A stretch of 64,000 nt of DNA from Lingula anatina (taxonomy: Eukaryota; Animalia; Brachiopoda): assembly GCA_051362555.1 (NCBI GenBank), contig CM120641.1:3472001-3536000 (forward strand). The letters are read 5' to 3'. Shown piece by piece: positions 37,101 through 51,300 of the stretch. The stretch's first letter is position 1; each line of letters begins with the position of its first letter. Both the position numbers and the translations under genes were made by a program. The notes beneath the pieces are model-generated. The model was not told the origin of the DNA and searched no databases. It saw only the letters and a program-made list of their open reading frames with translations.

Positions 37101-38602
37101 GTTTATGCCTGGAACGATTCACAAGTTTGTCCCATGCTAAGGTGATGAAGTTCTCATGATGAGAACTCCGTTTCTCGGGAATATTTTCCTTGTTTTCGTC
37201 CTTCTTCCCAAACTTTCTTGGTGTGTGACCTGGAGTGGAGCACTCGGAACTCCCCGACTGAGATCCTTTATTAGAAGCACTGTTCTGCTTTGAACTGTTG
37301 TCGATCCAGAATTTAGGAAATCGTTGTGAGCCGATGGTAGTTTCTACAGTCTGAGGGGTGGCTTGTATCCCCTCCATAAGGTTTTGGTTGCTCTGGCACC
37401 CAGATGGGAGAAATGAACTTGGCACCGGAATAAACTTCTGTACATTGAGACTAAGACAATCGCTGTTGCTCTCCATAATGGACAGTACATCTGACACAGA
37501 TTTTCCATCTACTGAGCGACCATTTACCTGTCAAAAGAATATGAAAATATCTTTAATAACTATTCAACATGAAAAATTTCAAAGAGGTGTTATCTAAAAC
37601 AGCTTCACCTGGGCGAGGGGGCAGTTTTTGACAGGAAATGTATACTCATAAGATTTTAAGTAGGTACAAAAAGGATGTTAAACAATTTGACTTATCTCAG
37701 GATAATTTTAAATGGCAAATGTTTTTTAAATAAGAGTGAGAGAAGATTAAACATTGCAATGAATTTGGTACAGAATGCTGATATTCTTGATAATCAAGCT
37801 CCGCAATGCTACAGTTGTACTCACAGTCAAAAGACGATCTCCCACGGCCAGATTGCTCTCTCTGGCAGCAGCTGTTCCAGGCACTATCTTTCCAATGTAC
37901 ATACCAAGCTCTGGGTGAATACCTATCTCTGCAAATATGGACAGGGATTTGCATTCCACTTTTTAGAATAAATGCACATTAAATTTGGAGACTAAATACT
38001 GTTGAAATCATATAAAGAGGGAATAACCAGCTTTCTGATTCCAAATTGTGTAACATATATTGCAAATTCACACTCAGACAGTTTATGGTGTTTGTGCTAC
38101 AAGACTACAGACAAAAGTCAAGGTATTCATTCGCAAATAACTGATAAACAGCAGACCAGGAAGTAGTATGAGGTCTTGGATAAACAATCATGGCAGGGCT
38201 TTTATATGGAGAAAACAAACGCATAGCTATACTTCTCCCACTTTCGAGTTGATTGATCCAAATATTATGAGTTTGCAGACTTTATCATAATCAAACAAAT
38301 CATTCAGCATTTGGGAACAAGGTATATCACGTAATGACTGGTTTCTTAAAATTATCCACATGTGAAAATGAAACTAGCTTACGCTTGTTGCCAGATATGT
38401 TCAAATGCACTGGTTGTACTGCTTTAGTGGTGCACTTTCTTCGACGAATGACCTGAAAAAATAGGAAATAAAGAATAAGATAAAAATCTAATAGCAGAAA
38501 TCTAGAAACGAGTATTAAGTCAAATTAAATAATAGGAATATAGACTTCACCGAAGACCACAGAGAAATTTGATTTTTCTTACAAAAGGAAACAGATATGT
38601 GA

Positions 38603-38654
<52 letters not shown>

Positions 38655-39597
38655 GGCACCCTGAAAATTGATGATGAAAAAAAAAATGCATCCCTGGGAA
38701 AAAATCATGCATAAAGCACTCACTGGACAGAGGTAAGTTATCATAATATTGGGGGGGGGGGGGGGGGGGGGGAGTACAGGAACCCTGCTGATCCTGAATT
38801 ATTGATCTGACAGCCACGATACATTCACAACTGTTCATCCATCCACTCACAATTGGTATTGATTCAGTATGTTCTGCTTCTTGAAACCTACAGACCTTCC
38901 TCTGGGAAATAATATTGATCATCTAAGTGACAACATTCATTTTCAATGACCTATGTTCCCAGAACCGACACAGTCTTAAGAATGGGCTACATTGTGCTGA
39001 AGTTACACTGCATTAACCTGAACGTTTCCTGCTCAGCTAAGAAATTTCCCTGGAGGAATCATGGCCATGAAAATTATCATTTTCTGTTGATGATTGGCAC
39101 CAAACAGTATATCATCTGAGATTTTTGACTTGGAAATCTGACAAAAATATGTCAGCATGTTGGGTTTTACAGTGATAATTAATGTTTTTCCCTATACAAG
39201 GATACAATAGTTTGAAGTATGAGGGTGTTGTAAGTTGAAAAATTGAACAATGCATTACTATGAAACTAAAAGTTATTTTTTGGTGCTTATGCAAACATGT
39301 GTATAAAATTCTCTTACACTATCTTCAGAGAACTGCTCCTCAACATCCATTCCCCATTCATAAATTATAAAAGAAGACTTGAACTATTGATGATGCAGAA
39401 CCCATGTGCTCTTCCATAACCTGTATTCTCTATTTATCAATGGGGGCAAATATAAAGAAGTTCACCCAATGTTAAAATGTATAAAGGTACACCAGGGACA
39501 GGGAAGGTAAATAACAGTGTTAAAAGTGAGACATTCCCCTCCATGTTCATACAACAAATGTACAGGAGGCCAGAAAACTGCAAAGTTTAACATATAG

Positions 39598-39640
<43 letters not shown>

Positions 39641-42304
39641 TCATTTGTGCTTCTATAAATTATGCTTCTATAAGACTTAGTTATTTTTACCAATATCCAA
39701 ACATTCTCATCTTTTACTCCACATTTGAAGGAAATGTTGCATTCAACCCTTGGCAGCTTAGAAAGGACTCACCATATTGAGAATGCCTCCTCCATTTTGT
39801 ATAGCCTGCACAGCCACCAGTCTGTCTGCATTTGTCACATCAACATTGTTCACCTTCAAGACTACATCATTCACTCTGAAATTAAAGTTTTAATATTTTT
39901 TTCAAATCATATAAATGATGCTTAATGTCTTGGTGCAAGTGTTACATTTATTTTCATGAAAAAGAAGTGAAGTTGACACATTTCTCGTTTTAAGGTAACA
40001 AGGCAAACCAATAAGATCTACCCAAGTATGACGCGCACAGTATAACTCAAGGAAAAATTGATAGTAAAACTCTTTGTCACACATTTCACTAAAGGGCAAA
40101 ATAAATGAAATTCAATAGAATTTTTCCACTCACTTGAGTTTCCCATCTGCATCACTCCCTTTAGTAACACTGCCAACAAAGATGGAGTAATCACTGGGAA
40201 ATCGTGGGTCATCACGCCCTCCGACCAGCTCGAACCCAAAGTCTTCGTCATTCACACCACCCTGAAGAGAAAATATCCATCTAGATTAGAACATAGTTTA
40301 CTAATAAGAAATCATTACCACCAATAATCACCTCATTGTCATCAAGAATCCATTCCCGTCTCTGGCACTTTTCTCTTAATATCAACATTTCTGATAAGCA
40401 CTATCTGACTGTTTGAGCCCATCACAAATGGTTAATGTTAGGTGATGATCACCCATCCTGCAGGAATAATTAGTTTGTGATTTAGAAGTCAGTTTCACAC
40501 CACCAAAAATGATCTACTTTTCACAAAAATGGGAAGAACCTTAAAAGACTTATTTTGTGCTTTCAGATGACAAACCCAGCACTAGTTAAATATATTTTTG
40601 ATACATTTTTCTGATATAAGTGGATGAAATGGTTCTTTACAGTCTTTAGAAAATGCCTTATTCATTCTTTGCCCTTCACGTACCACATCAACCTCTAATG
40701 TTTCCGTCTCCCACTCCTGTAGATCGGTGTCTATGGCAGAATCACGACTGTGATTGTGACCAATAGCATTCAGCTGTTGCTTGCGGTTTTCTTTATCAAG
40801 CATGGCATCATAGTGCTCTCTGTAAATTTTAAAGAAGAGGAAAAAAATATGCAAAGTGGAAAGTTATATAATCTTTATCTTAAGCACTCTTGAAAGAGTT
40901 TACAGTCTTAATCTTAAGTACTCTGGAAATAATTCACAAAAAGATTATCACAATTTTTTTTACAAATAAGTTGTTTGGCATGCTAAATCACAATGCTCCT
41001 TGTCATGGTGCATTACATAAAAACTATGAACAGGTTTTAAAAAATCTGGAATTGCCATTAAAGCAAAGAAACCAGTTCTTACTTTATTGTCTTCAGTTCC
41101 TTCTCCTTTTTACTCTTATCCTTCTTAAGCTCATCAGAATCTCTAAGAGCTTCTCCAAGTTCGCTTACTAAGCGATCACGTTCACGACGGAGCTGATCAC
41201 AAAGTGCTCGCATGCTCTCGCGTTCCAGAACAATTTTGTCTCGCTCACTGAATGCCCAGTCTCGGCGGTTTTTGGCAGTCTCAGCTTCCTTTCTGACTTC
41301 TACATGCAAAAATTAAATTAAAACATTTTATCACCTTACACTTCACCATTTATAATATTCTCGTAACAGTTGTTTATTAAAAAGACAAAACAATGGAAAA
41401 ATTGCTCTTCCATTTAACTACCCCCCACCAAGATATACGCACCAATATGTAATATTTAATATATTTTAGAAAATACTGGGAAATAATGGATCTCGTTACA
41501 TTAACAGGCTATCCCACTGTCTAACAGCTGCCATTGCATTCAAACATGTTATTAGATGCTGAGTCATTGTTAAAAGATAAAATGACTCAGAAATGATTTA
41601 ACTGACGTTTTGATGTTCATGCAAACTGACACTTGGACACAAATATCTTTTCTGGCAAAATTTTATACCTTTGCTACACAACCACTTATTATATGCTTCT
41701 GGCAATCCATAAAACCATTAACCAGTTATTTCAAAATGACAACAGGTTTAAAAGAACCCCTTTTTTTCTAATCACAGGATAGCAGCAAATAAATAATTGG
41801 ATATAGACACCAAAGGTGTGTCTACAATGATAGTAAAAATAGGGAATATTGTGTCTATCAAATTGAAAGAGACCCAATGTCAACAATAAAATCCACATAA
41901 TTTGGCTTTCATTACTTTGCAGTCATTATTGGCCTTTATAAGGTGTTAAAGCTAAGAATAAAACTCTAGTATAACAACAGTCCTGGGCTGTTCAAATACT
42001 GTTGACACCACCAGACTGTCTGTAGAGATGATGGTTAATTAAACAGTGATGAGCAGCCCTGATCAATACCAACAACACACTGATGAATACTGATAAATTA
42101 AGCCATCATATCTTGACTTGCATAATGGATATGAGATCCCCTTCACCATCCCTATGGACTTCCCCCATGGCCCTAATGATGAAGTATTTACATAGCATAA
42201 CTGCCCTGGATGTGACTAGACCAGTGTGTCTGTGTATGAAACAGCAACTGATCTATGTAACAACTGAGAAACTTTTTGTACCCGACCTACATATGTATTA
42301 ACCA

Positions 42305-42378
<74 letters not shown>

Positions 42379-45300
42379 TTGACTAAAGTAAAAGAAAACT
42401 GAAATAAAATCCTTGGGCATTTTCTCCAAAAAGTAATTTTGAATCTTAAAATAAATTACATTGAGTCATTGACTACACCCAGCAGCATAACGGTTAAGAG
42501 GGAGTTTTTGCGTCATGACAAAAAACAAGATTGGCCTCTAGACTTGGATGATGTACATCAGTCATGCATGATCTCATATTTTTGCCCCCTCTGTAAGCGT
42601 GTCTCAAACCCCTGGATAAAAACAGCCTGTGACTCATCCTACACAGTATTATCTGATCAACTTTAATTATATCTAAACTCCACTGGCCATTTGTCTTCTC
42701 TGCAATTAACAGTCTAATGATATGCCAGGCAAGCACTTGAGACACTTGCCATTACCAATCAGGGGTTAATTGTTCTGTACATGCAGTATATCCTCAGCTG
42801 TCACTGGTCTGGGGACCATCATATCATATCATAGTGACAATTTAGCCAAATGATAATAAGCCAGGAAATAATTCAAATTTGAAACCTGACCCAGTCAAGG
42901 ATAAGTATTAAAGGCATGGAAAATTTGGTATAGTTATTGACTAAATGATGGAAATTCTTAGTGTATTTTCATTCAATCTCTGTAGCAGCCACCAAGACAA
43001 TAATTCTCATATTATATTATTCAACAATAATATAACATTGACTTCTACAAGAAAACTTTGACATTAAGATGGTGACCATAAAGTTATCCTTCTTGCATGT
43101 CACTTCACAGCTAGGTCATAAAGGTTAACTTATGAAGGACTTTGAATAAGTTTACAGCCAGGACAGTCCATTCACAAAGATTACCTACTTCATTGCAGCT
43201 AAGATATGTTTCCGGCTATAAACTGATATACTTCAAAGGTCAAATGTATTCTACTACAAAGTAAGAGGGCACTTGAAGGCAACTGACCAAAACAGAGTTG
43301 GTCTATGACTCATCTCAGTATCAGGGTTGTGGACTTTCTTTTGTGTCAATGGTAATTCCGGATGACAGCCATTTATGCTATTCTACTCTAATTCCCCTGC
43401 AGATTTGAATTGCTCATTTTTTTAAATGAATAATAGCACTTAACAAAGATCCCCAGGGCAACTTACCTTCCACGTCTTCCTTTAGTTTTTCAATCTCCTT
43501 TTTCATCTCTGCTTCTTTAGTGGAATATTCTTTTTCATCTGCCAGTTTCCATGTTTCACGTATAATGCGATCTCGCTGTTCTAATGCTTCATGGCGTTCT
43601 TTCCGTGCCACATTTCGCTCGTGTGTTAACATTTCAACGTCTCTGCGTACCTCATCTCTCTCTTTCTGTACTTCAATCTTTGCAGTGACAATATCACCGT
43701 ATTTGACACGGACATCGTTGCACTCTTTAATAGCTTTGTCACGATCATGTAATGCCGATGTGATCTCATGGCGCAATGTTTCTATTTCATCTCGCAATGT
43801 TTTCTTGTCTTTTTCATAAACTTCTCCTTTCTTATTTGCCTCATTAAGTTTATCTTGCAGTTGTTCCATTTCTTTGTGTACCTGCCCTCTTTCAGACATC
43901 ACTAATCTGTACTCCTCTATGGCTGCATTCCGCTCTTCCGTTAGGCGAGCTATTTCTTTGGTTACTCGCACAACAGATTGGTTTGCCTGTTGTTGGGTCT
44001 TGCTTAACTGTTCTCGCAAGTCTTCCACTGTACGCAGCGATTTGTCCCACTGCCTCACAACATCAGTGCATTGTTTTTGAAGTGCTACTCGCTCTTTGAT
44101 TGCGCGATCTCGCTCATTACATACATCCGTGTATTGTTTCTTAAGTCGCGCATTCTCCTCTTGCACAGATTCTAATTTGTGAATGGCAATATCACGTGTG
44201 GACATTAAGTCTGCGTATCGTTTACTAAGGGACTCGTTGTCCTTTCTGATTGCTTCATATTTTTCAATTGCAGTATCATACATGCGTGTGAGAATTTCAT
44301 TACTACCACTTTCTGAAATGACTTCACGCTGTTGTTTTCTGAGTTCTTCAATTTCGTGTTTATTTTCTTCTCGTGATTCTTGAAGGTCAATCACCTCTTG
44401 CTGTAACCGTTGTTTTTCTCCTTGTAATTCACTAATTTCTTGTTTCTGAGCATGCAGCTCAATACGTGTGCCTTCAAGCTTGTCCACAGAGATACGATGC
44501 TCATTACGATAGTAATCACTCTCCCTGACGGCCTTGTCACACTTATTCATCGTAATGCTCAACTGAGTCTTCATCGTTTGAAGTTCGTTCATTGCAGTAT
44601 CACACTGGGTCTTTAACCAATCATAATCTCGCACCAAATGTTTGTCAGTCACATTCTTAGTGTCGCCACTGCCCAGAGAAGCCATTTTGGAATAGGAGTC
44701 TAACTGGGACTGTGTCTTCTGCAGTTCCTCTTTCAGGTGGTCCCTATCTTGCACCACTAATTTCAACTCCTGTTTCAGGAGATGAAGGTTGGATTGGTTG
44801 AAGTCATAGTCATGGGATGGCGGTCCATTACGCCTGTATGAAGATGACGGATAGGGAGCATCCTGACTACTACTGTCATCCTCTGCAAAGAGAAGGTGGA
44901 AATGAATTAAAGATGGTGAATACAATTCTGATTACCAGCTTACGAGTGGCGGATCAATGCATTTCCCACAGGGACATTCACTGCCTCCTGCTGCCAGCAA
45001 ATGCCAGCTCAATTATGGAAGACACACAAGTCTATGTTCAATAATCCTGATATTTTCCACCCTACTCTATTGGAGCAAGTGTAATCATCTGTGAATCCCC
45101 ACTTTTTGCTATAAAATCAAGAATATATGACCATTACATCTGACCATTTTTAAATTATCCATTATTGAAGAAACTGTTAGTAAGGTCTTCTATTGATTCT
45201 TCTTAAAACAAAATAAATTATCATGCATTTAGACTAGCCAATTAAAATAAATTTTTGCTACAATTTTACTGTAAGTATCCTGGTCAAATGATGTTGCTAT

Positions 45301-48300
45301 GCAGATAAAATATGCCCTACAGAAGTTCATCACTGCCAGCTAACAGAAGAAAAAAAATCAATGTGTGTTTTTGTGTTTGACATTCACCTACTGTTGTATC
45401 AGAAGTACTAAGACAGACGCAGGTGCCTGGCAGTCTGCCGCAGTCTACCAACAGCTGACACCAGACTATCACACCAATAAGCTGTTCCAAGAACTCATTT
45501 TCTTCAAGAGTATATTCATTATTATATTTACAATAAACATGGACTTGTTTTATAGACTGTAGTCTTATGTCAATTGATGCTGTCATGTAGCAAATAAGAG
45601 ATTTAATATCCAGGAAATACAAATTGTGTTACATACATGTGGACAGCAGGTTATTTGCCCAGAAATCTGTTGTGCTAAAACAACACACTAAGGATATGTA
45701 AATAACAAATAACCATTTGCCTGCCATGTGTAAACCCTACCTTGAAGATTCCACAGGACTATTGTAGAAACCAAACTACTTCACCAAAACCTCCAACACT
45801 AATACCTGGACAAGTGTGATGCATGTATTATCTTTGACCTTTCACCAAAAAGCATGTTCACATCAGGTTTAACTTTCACCTCCACAAACTACTAACAGAA
45901 GTCATGTGACTACATAACAGAGTGTTTAAGTTTAAGGTATAATATGGGCCCTATGTAATGTGGTCTTCTGATGATGTCATGTACACAGTTTAAGTCTGCC
46001 TTGATGTAAAGACACCCAATAAACTAATGTACAGGATCACAGGATGAAACCCAGCACTCTAATGGGGTCTTGTAGATTTTGACATTGAAATGCAAGCAGC
46101 TATTGAAACTAGTGGTCATCAAGAGAGAATGATGCAGGGTCACACTTGGAGTTCTGTTCAATTTAAAACAGTTACGTCACCCAGGAAATGTAGGCTAATT
46201 GAATTGTGATCAATGAGGGCAGAAATGAGATGATTACAGACGCAGACTCCACACACCCTCCACCCTAAAACTGATATATCTGCCCTTATCCCCCCCCCCC
46301 ATTATTCTGACTTAACCCCTATCCTTCCCATTACCCAACTTCCACACCTCAGATTGAATTCAATCTCGCCATTAAACATGTATCCATAGAGTCTTACTAT
46401 TATTACCAATCGAAACACAGCCTGTTACACTGGTAAAAACTCTCCCCTTTCCTCTGGGTTAACGCATTGGGTAATGCACTCAACTCTAGATACACAGATC
46501 ATCTTCTTAAGTCCATGTCATTCACCTAGTGTCAAGTATTGTACAATATAGAAGATACCTTTACTTGTAAGTTCAGCAATACTTCAATATATCAATATAA
46601 CCACATGTATACACCTGAGCCCCAGGTTAAAGTCCACTTGAAATCCATGAAGACAGCCTAGTAATGACTGGGATACACTTACCTGGGCTGGGGTTACTTA
46701 GCACTTCAGCCAATGACTAAACCTTAATCATCCTCATTGAAACATTAATTAGCTGATTGCAGTTAATTTAGTGAACAATATAACTAAATAAATGGCTATT
46801 TGGCTGAAGTAAACATGAAGAGGGTATGACCATCCTCTCTCTCCCCCCCCCCTTCACCCCTACGCCCATCCTCACAGACAATATCTACCTGACTTGACCA
46901 GTTCCATGTTAACTCTGCTGCCAGGTTTCATGGTCCATGATAAAAGCACTTGTTATTGACTCCTCTAGGTTTATAACTATATAAGCCAGCTGTATTGAGC
47001 TGAATCTGTTGACAGAAACCAAGAGTCTGTTTGCTGTCACTGCTGATGCCAGGTGATTCCTGATGCCAGGCGGCCCAGCTTCAAAGGTGAGAACTCCATA
47101 TACACACACCCAACAGATGAGAGTGGGTGGAGATCTATTTAACAGTTAGATCCACACACAACAGTGCATGTAATATTAAGTGTTAAAATGAAAATGTTGT
47201 ACAAAAACCCTGTCGAGGTTTATCTAATCAATACTAACAAAGGACACATAATACACATAACCCAACCTGTCTCGCCAAGGGTTTCTACAGGAAATGCAAC
47301 AATCACTAGACTTACACACAGACCATGTCGTCTGTTTTTACTACATTGTTCCCTTATTTTACCTGTCATTTTCCCCGGCTGGCTGCTTCATAATGGCTCC
47401 CACCAATCAATGGGGCATTACCCATAGCCTGCAGTGCCCTTTTGGGTTTAAAAAGAATATTCATAACCCACTCCTCTTGCCTTGGCACCCTGACCTCAGA
47501 AAGGGTCTCTCTCACTCATTATATCCAGTCTGGGGGGAGGAGATCCCGGTTATAAGAATTGATAAATGTACCTATACTGATATTGTGGCCAAGCTGCACC
47601 AAGGTTATTATCAACTCTTTTGGAAACTAGGTTATTGGCAGGGAAACCCCAATAAGTACAAAGAATGATTTATAACGACTATAATAATACATTATTTATG
47701 TTCTTAAAGCCACAATGTGAACTGAAATTTCATTAATAACCCACCTATGATGTGAACTAAATGCTACATACACATATCATTTGAACAAGAGCTGTTAACT
47801 TTGATGCATTTTTGACTTGGATACTACCTTTAGAAATCTTAATACTTGTGACTTTTATTTTTTCTTTTATGGTCTTTTCTTGGCTTATCAGATTTCACGA
47901 ACCAGGTGATTTTTTGGTCATCATACCATCATCATACATCATATACAATTTATTACATGATAAGGGGAAAGAAAATGGCAACTGCAAAGAAATGTTTTTT
48001 TCTCAAGGTTTTATAGCTGTTTTTTAAAATCATTTCTCCTTCAAAGTGTCATTTACCACCTTCTCCCTACTGGAATCAGTGTCACATCTTAAGATTTATG
48101 ATCACTGTGATATTAATGTAGTCTCCGAGACAGCCTTGCAACATATTTTTATTTAACTATTAATCATTATTAACAAGCACACATTTCAACTAGGACAGCA
48201 TTAATCATGTATGTAACACTATTTAACCAGTCTTCATTTCAATATTTCATAGCGTTTTTTCATCTTCTATTTTCTCATAAAAGTGGGACAAATTAATTTT

Positions 48301-51300
48301 TTTTTCATAAAAGTGAAGCAGATTTTTCATTTCAATATCTATCTGGTAACTGGTATAAGCTAATATTTTGTCTGTATGTTGTGTAATGTTGCCAAGAGCC
48401 TGGGTGGCATGGCAGCTACCACTATCAAGTGACTGACATGGCACTGCCTGTCAAATGATATGACTATATCAGTAGACAGCTAAAATGATCCTAGCTCCCA
48501 TTACTACTATATAATAGGCTTGTCTAGACAAGAACTACAAAAGCCTGAAACCTGACTAACTTCAATCACATCAAATGACCGAATGCATCTACTTTCATTT
48601 ATATTCCTTTACAAAAGGTTACTTGATTTAGTTGTCCAGTGACCCAAGTTTGGACAAATCACAGTCTTGAGTAGTCCTTGTCCAGATGTGCTTTTGATGA
48701 AGAGAAGAGAAGAGAGCAGGGAGGCTTTTTAATGTGAAGACAGACTGAGGACTCCAGATTAATGCATTCTAGACGTAGGCACATATCACTTTTACCTGCT
48801 GATTGCATAAATATGTAAATAACTGCAGTGTCTGCTAGAGCAAATGAGCAATGGACTAGTTAAACAAAAATATACACCAGACTGATCTTACCAAGGCAAT
48901 GAATGATTGAGATGGTGAAAGCAATCTGGACTGGTTAAGTTACTGTTAAGTTGTGTATCATATATAATTTGCATGTACCACCTGTTTCAATATATACAAT
49001 TATATAATTAATAATATCTCCCCTGTACCTACGTAACTGTATCATAAAACATGAACCTCAGATGTATATATATAGTAAATGTCGTACAGAGTGTGTGCAT
49101 GCATGTATATGTCTGTGCACCACGTAATAAATAACACCATACACAGTTCATATCTTACCTGTATCAGGGGTATTACGGAGGACATCATCTGATGAGGATG
49201 AAGCTAGGGAAGCTGACGGTGAGCGAGAATCTAGAAAATACAAAAGGTATAATCTCTCATCAACACAGCTACCAATTTTTACCAAACAGCAGTGATAAAC
49301 TAGTAAAGAGAGAGGACATGTGTCCTTACCTGGCCGACCTTCCATTATGTTATTGTCACATTTTTGTGAACTTTCCGTCTTGTCTCCAGCAGCTGGTGAC
49401 ATTATGTCACTAACCCCTACATTCTGCAAGCCAGTATCCATATAAACCACTGGCATAAGCCACAATATTACACAAATACCAAGTCAGAGACTGGAAAATG
49501 TTTAAGTACTGGTCACAAGAAAAAAACTACAGAAAAATCAACAACATTCTGTTTTTGTGTAGCATTCCCAAAGTTGTCCGTAGAGCAATACCACCTTAGA
49601 CGAAAGTAGCAACGTGACTTCTACATGTGTAAAACCTAGCCTTTTAACAACAACCCCGTGTGTGCGTTTATGTGAGTGTGAACCACGTTCAAGGTAGCAC
49701 ACAGCCAATCAATCTGTGATTTGTTTCTAACCCCGTGTGTCTCCAGTCCACAGAGGTGCCCCGGGCTGGATTAAGAGACAGGATTAAGGACTCTAGTGAC
49801 GGGAGATAACTTATCACCTTTGCTTGAAAGTAAACACAGACGATTTCCTGTACCAGGAGAAAAAGCATGCCCCCTTCAGAGCTGTCCTCACTGACTGGGG
49901 TGTAATGTTACTAGGTCTTATATAAACTGTACAACCAGGTGATGAATAAAAAATAGTCTTGACACCTTTTTAAAGACAACTTTAGCATGAAGTATATAAC
50001 TTCTGGATTGTGTCAAGGCAACTTCTTTTTCTGGTGTCAGGGTTATGCGACATCAGCTTTTAGGATTGTATAAATGCCTTGTTTTTTAATTTAACTTAAT
50101 ACTGAATAAAAATTAAAAAAAAAAAAAATTTAACAATGATCAGTAGCAAGACACTGGTAAACAAATTTATCACCAAGAAGAATACCTACACACACACATA
50201 CATGCATACACGATAAATGTCACAACAAAGAAGAGTGAATTTAAGCTTTAAGCCCAAATCATTCAAATAACCCCACAATTTATATCCAAGACCCTACTCA
50301 TACTTCCGCCTGTAGCTGACAGCATGAAAACAAATAGTTAACCATGGCAGCGGCTTGCTAAGCACAGTGGCACATATTGGTACCCTGCTACCTCAAGCCA
50401 CATGTGCTGTCACATACTGTCAAACACAAGCTGCTGTCATAACATTTGTCACATAGACAACTTCATGGAGATGTCAACTTCAGTTGACAGAAAAAGGCCA
50501 AAAAGTTATCTGGAGAAAAATATACTAAAAATTCTTCGACAGGGCGGTAGCCTGATAGCCCAGGGCTGGTAGACTGCTAGGTCGGGCTACCAGTTTTTGC
50601 CTATATATATTTTTGTATTTATTTAGTTAAAATGTTAAGGCCCATTTCTTGTCATTTATAAAAGCTTAACTTAAGTAGTATGTTGTTTTTACTTTTTTAA
50701 CCAATGGAAACTATCGTCATCGGCCAACTTCATTGTACGCCAATACGAATCAAACTTCTGCACTGCATGGGTTATGCAAAATTTGAGAATGTAGGAAACT
50801 CCACATGGAGTGGAGTTAACTTTTTAGCCATAAGGGTGAACTGCGGAGGACGATTCCCATGACTGAAATCGGGATAACAATTATATTGGTTGACATATTG
50901 GACATAGTAATCACAAAGTCTTCAAAGAAAGTATGGGCAAATTTAAGGGTTAAGAGAAGCTGTATAACCTGTATACCATGACCCTATTGACCAACTTTGT
51001 AGTATTATAAATTGATTATTTAAAAGCCATTTGAACACATTTGTTTTAAAATAAAAGTGAGCAAGTGCCATTAACTGTGTACCTATAAGGAAGGAAAGCA
51101 CCATGCAAACAGATACACAGACTTAACCATTCAATCCCTTTCTATCCAGGCACCAGTTCTGTTGTTGTTGCCCCTGGCTTTAAACTGCAAGTTTCCCACA
51201 GCCCTTGTAAGCTATTGACTAGGTCCATAGATTTCTAAACCAGGTATAGGCAGGAAATAAAACAAGCTTTATAATATCACAGGTAATAGTATTGAATGGG

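Noticed and set aside
36120-44383. Plus-strand and alternative-frame ORFs overlapping the large DLG5 exons (for example 36543-36905, 43520-43819)
   Set aside because: Antisense shadows of coding exons, with no independent protein features.
50540-50600. GC-rich CAGGGCGGTAGCC...GGGCTACCAG patch, possible hAT-like end
   Set aside because: No matching opposite terminus or TSD found; cannot be delimited.
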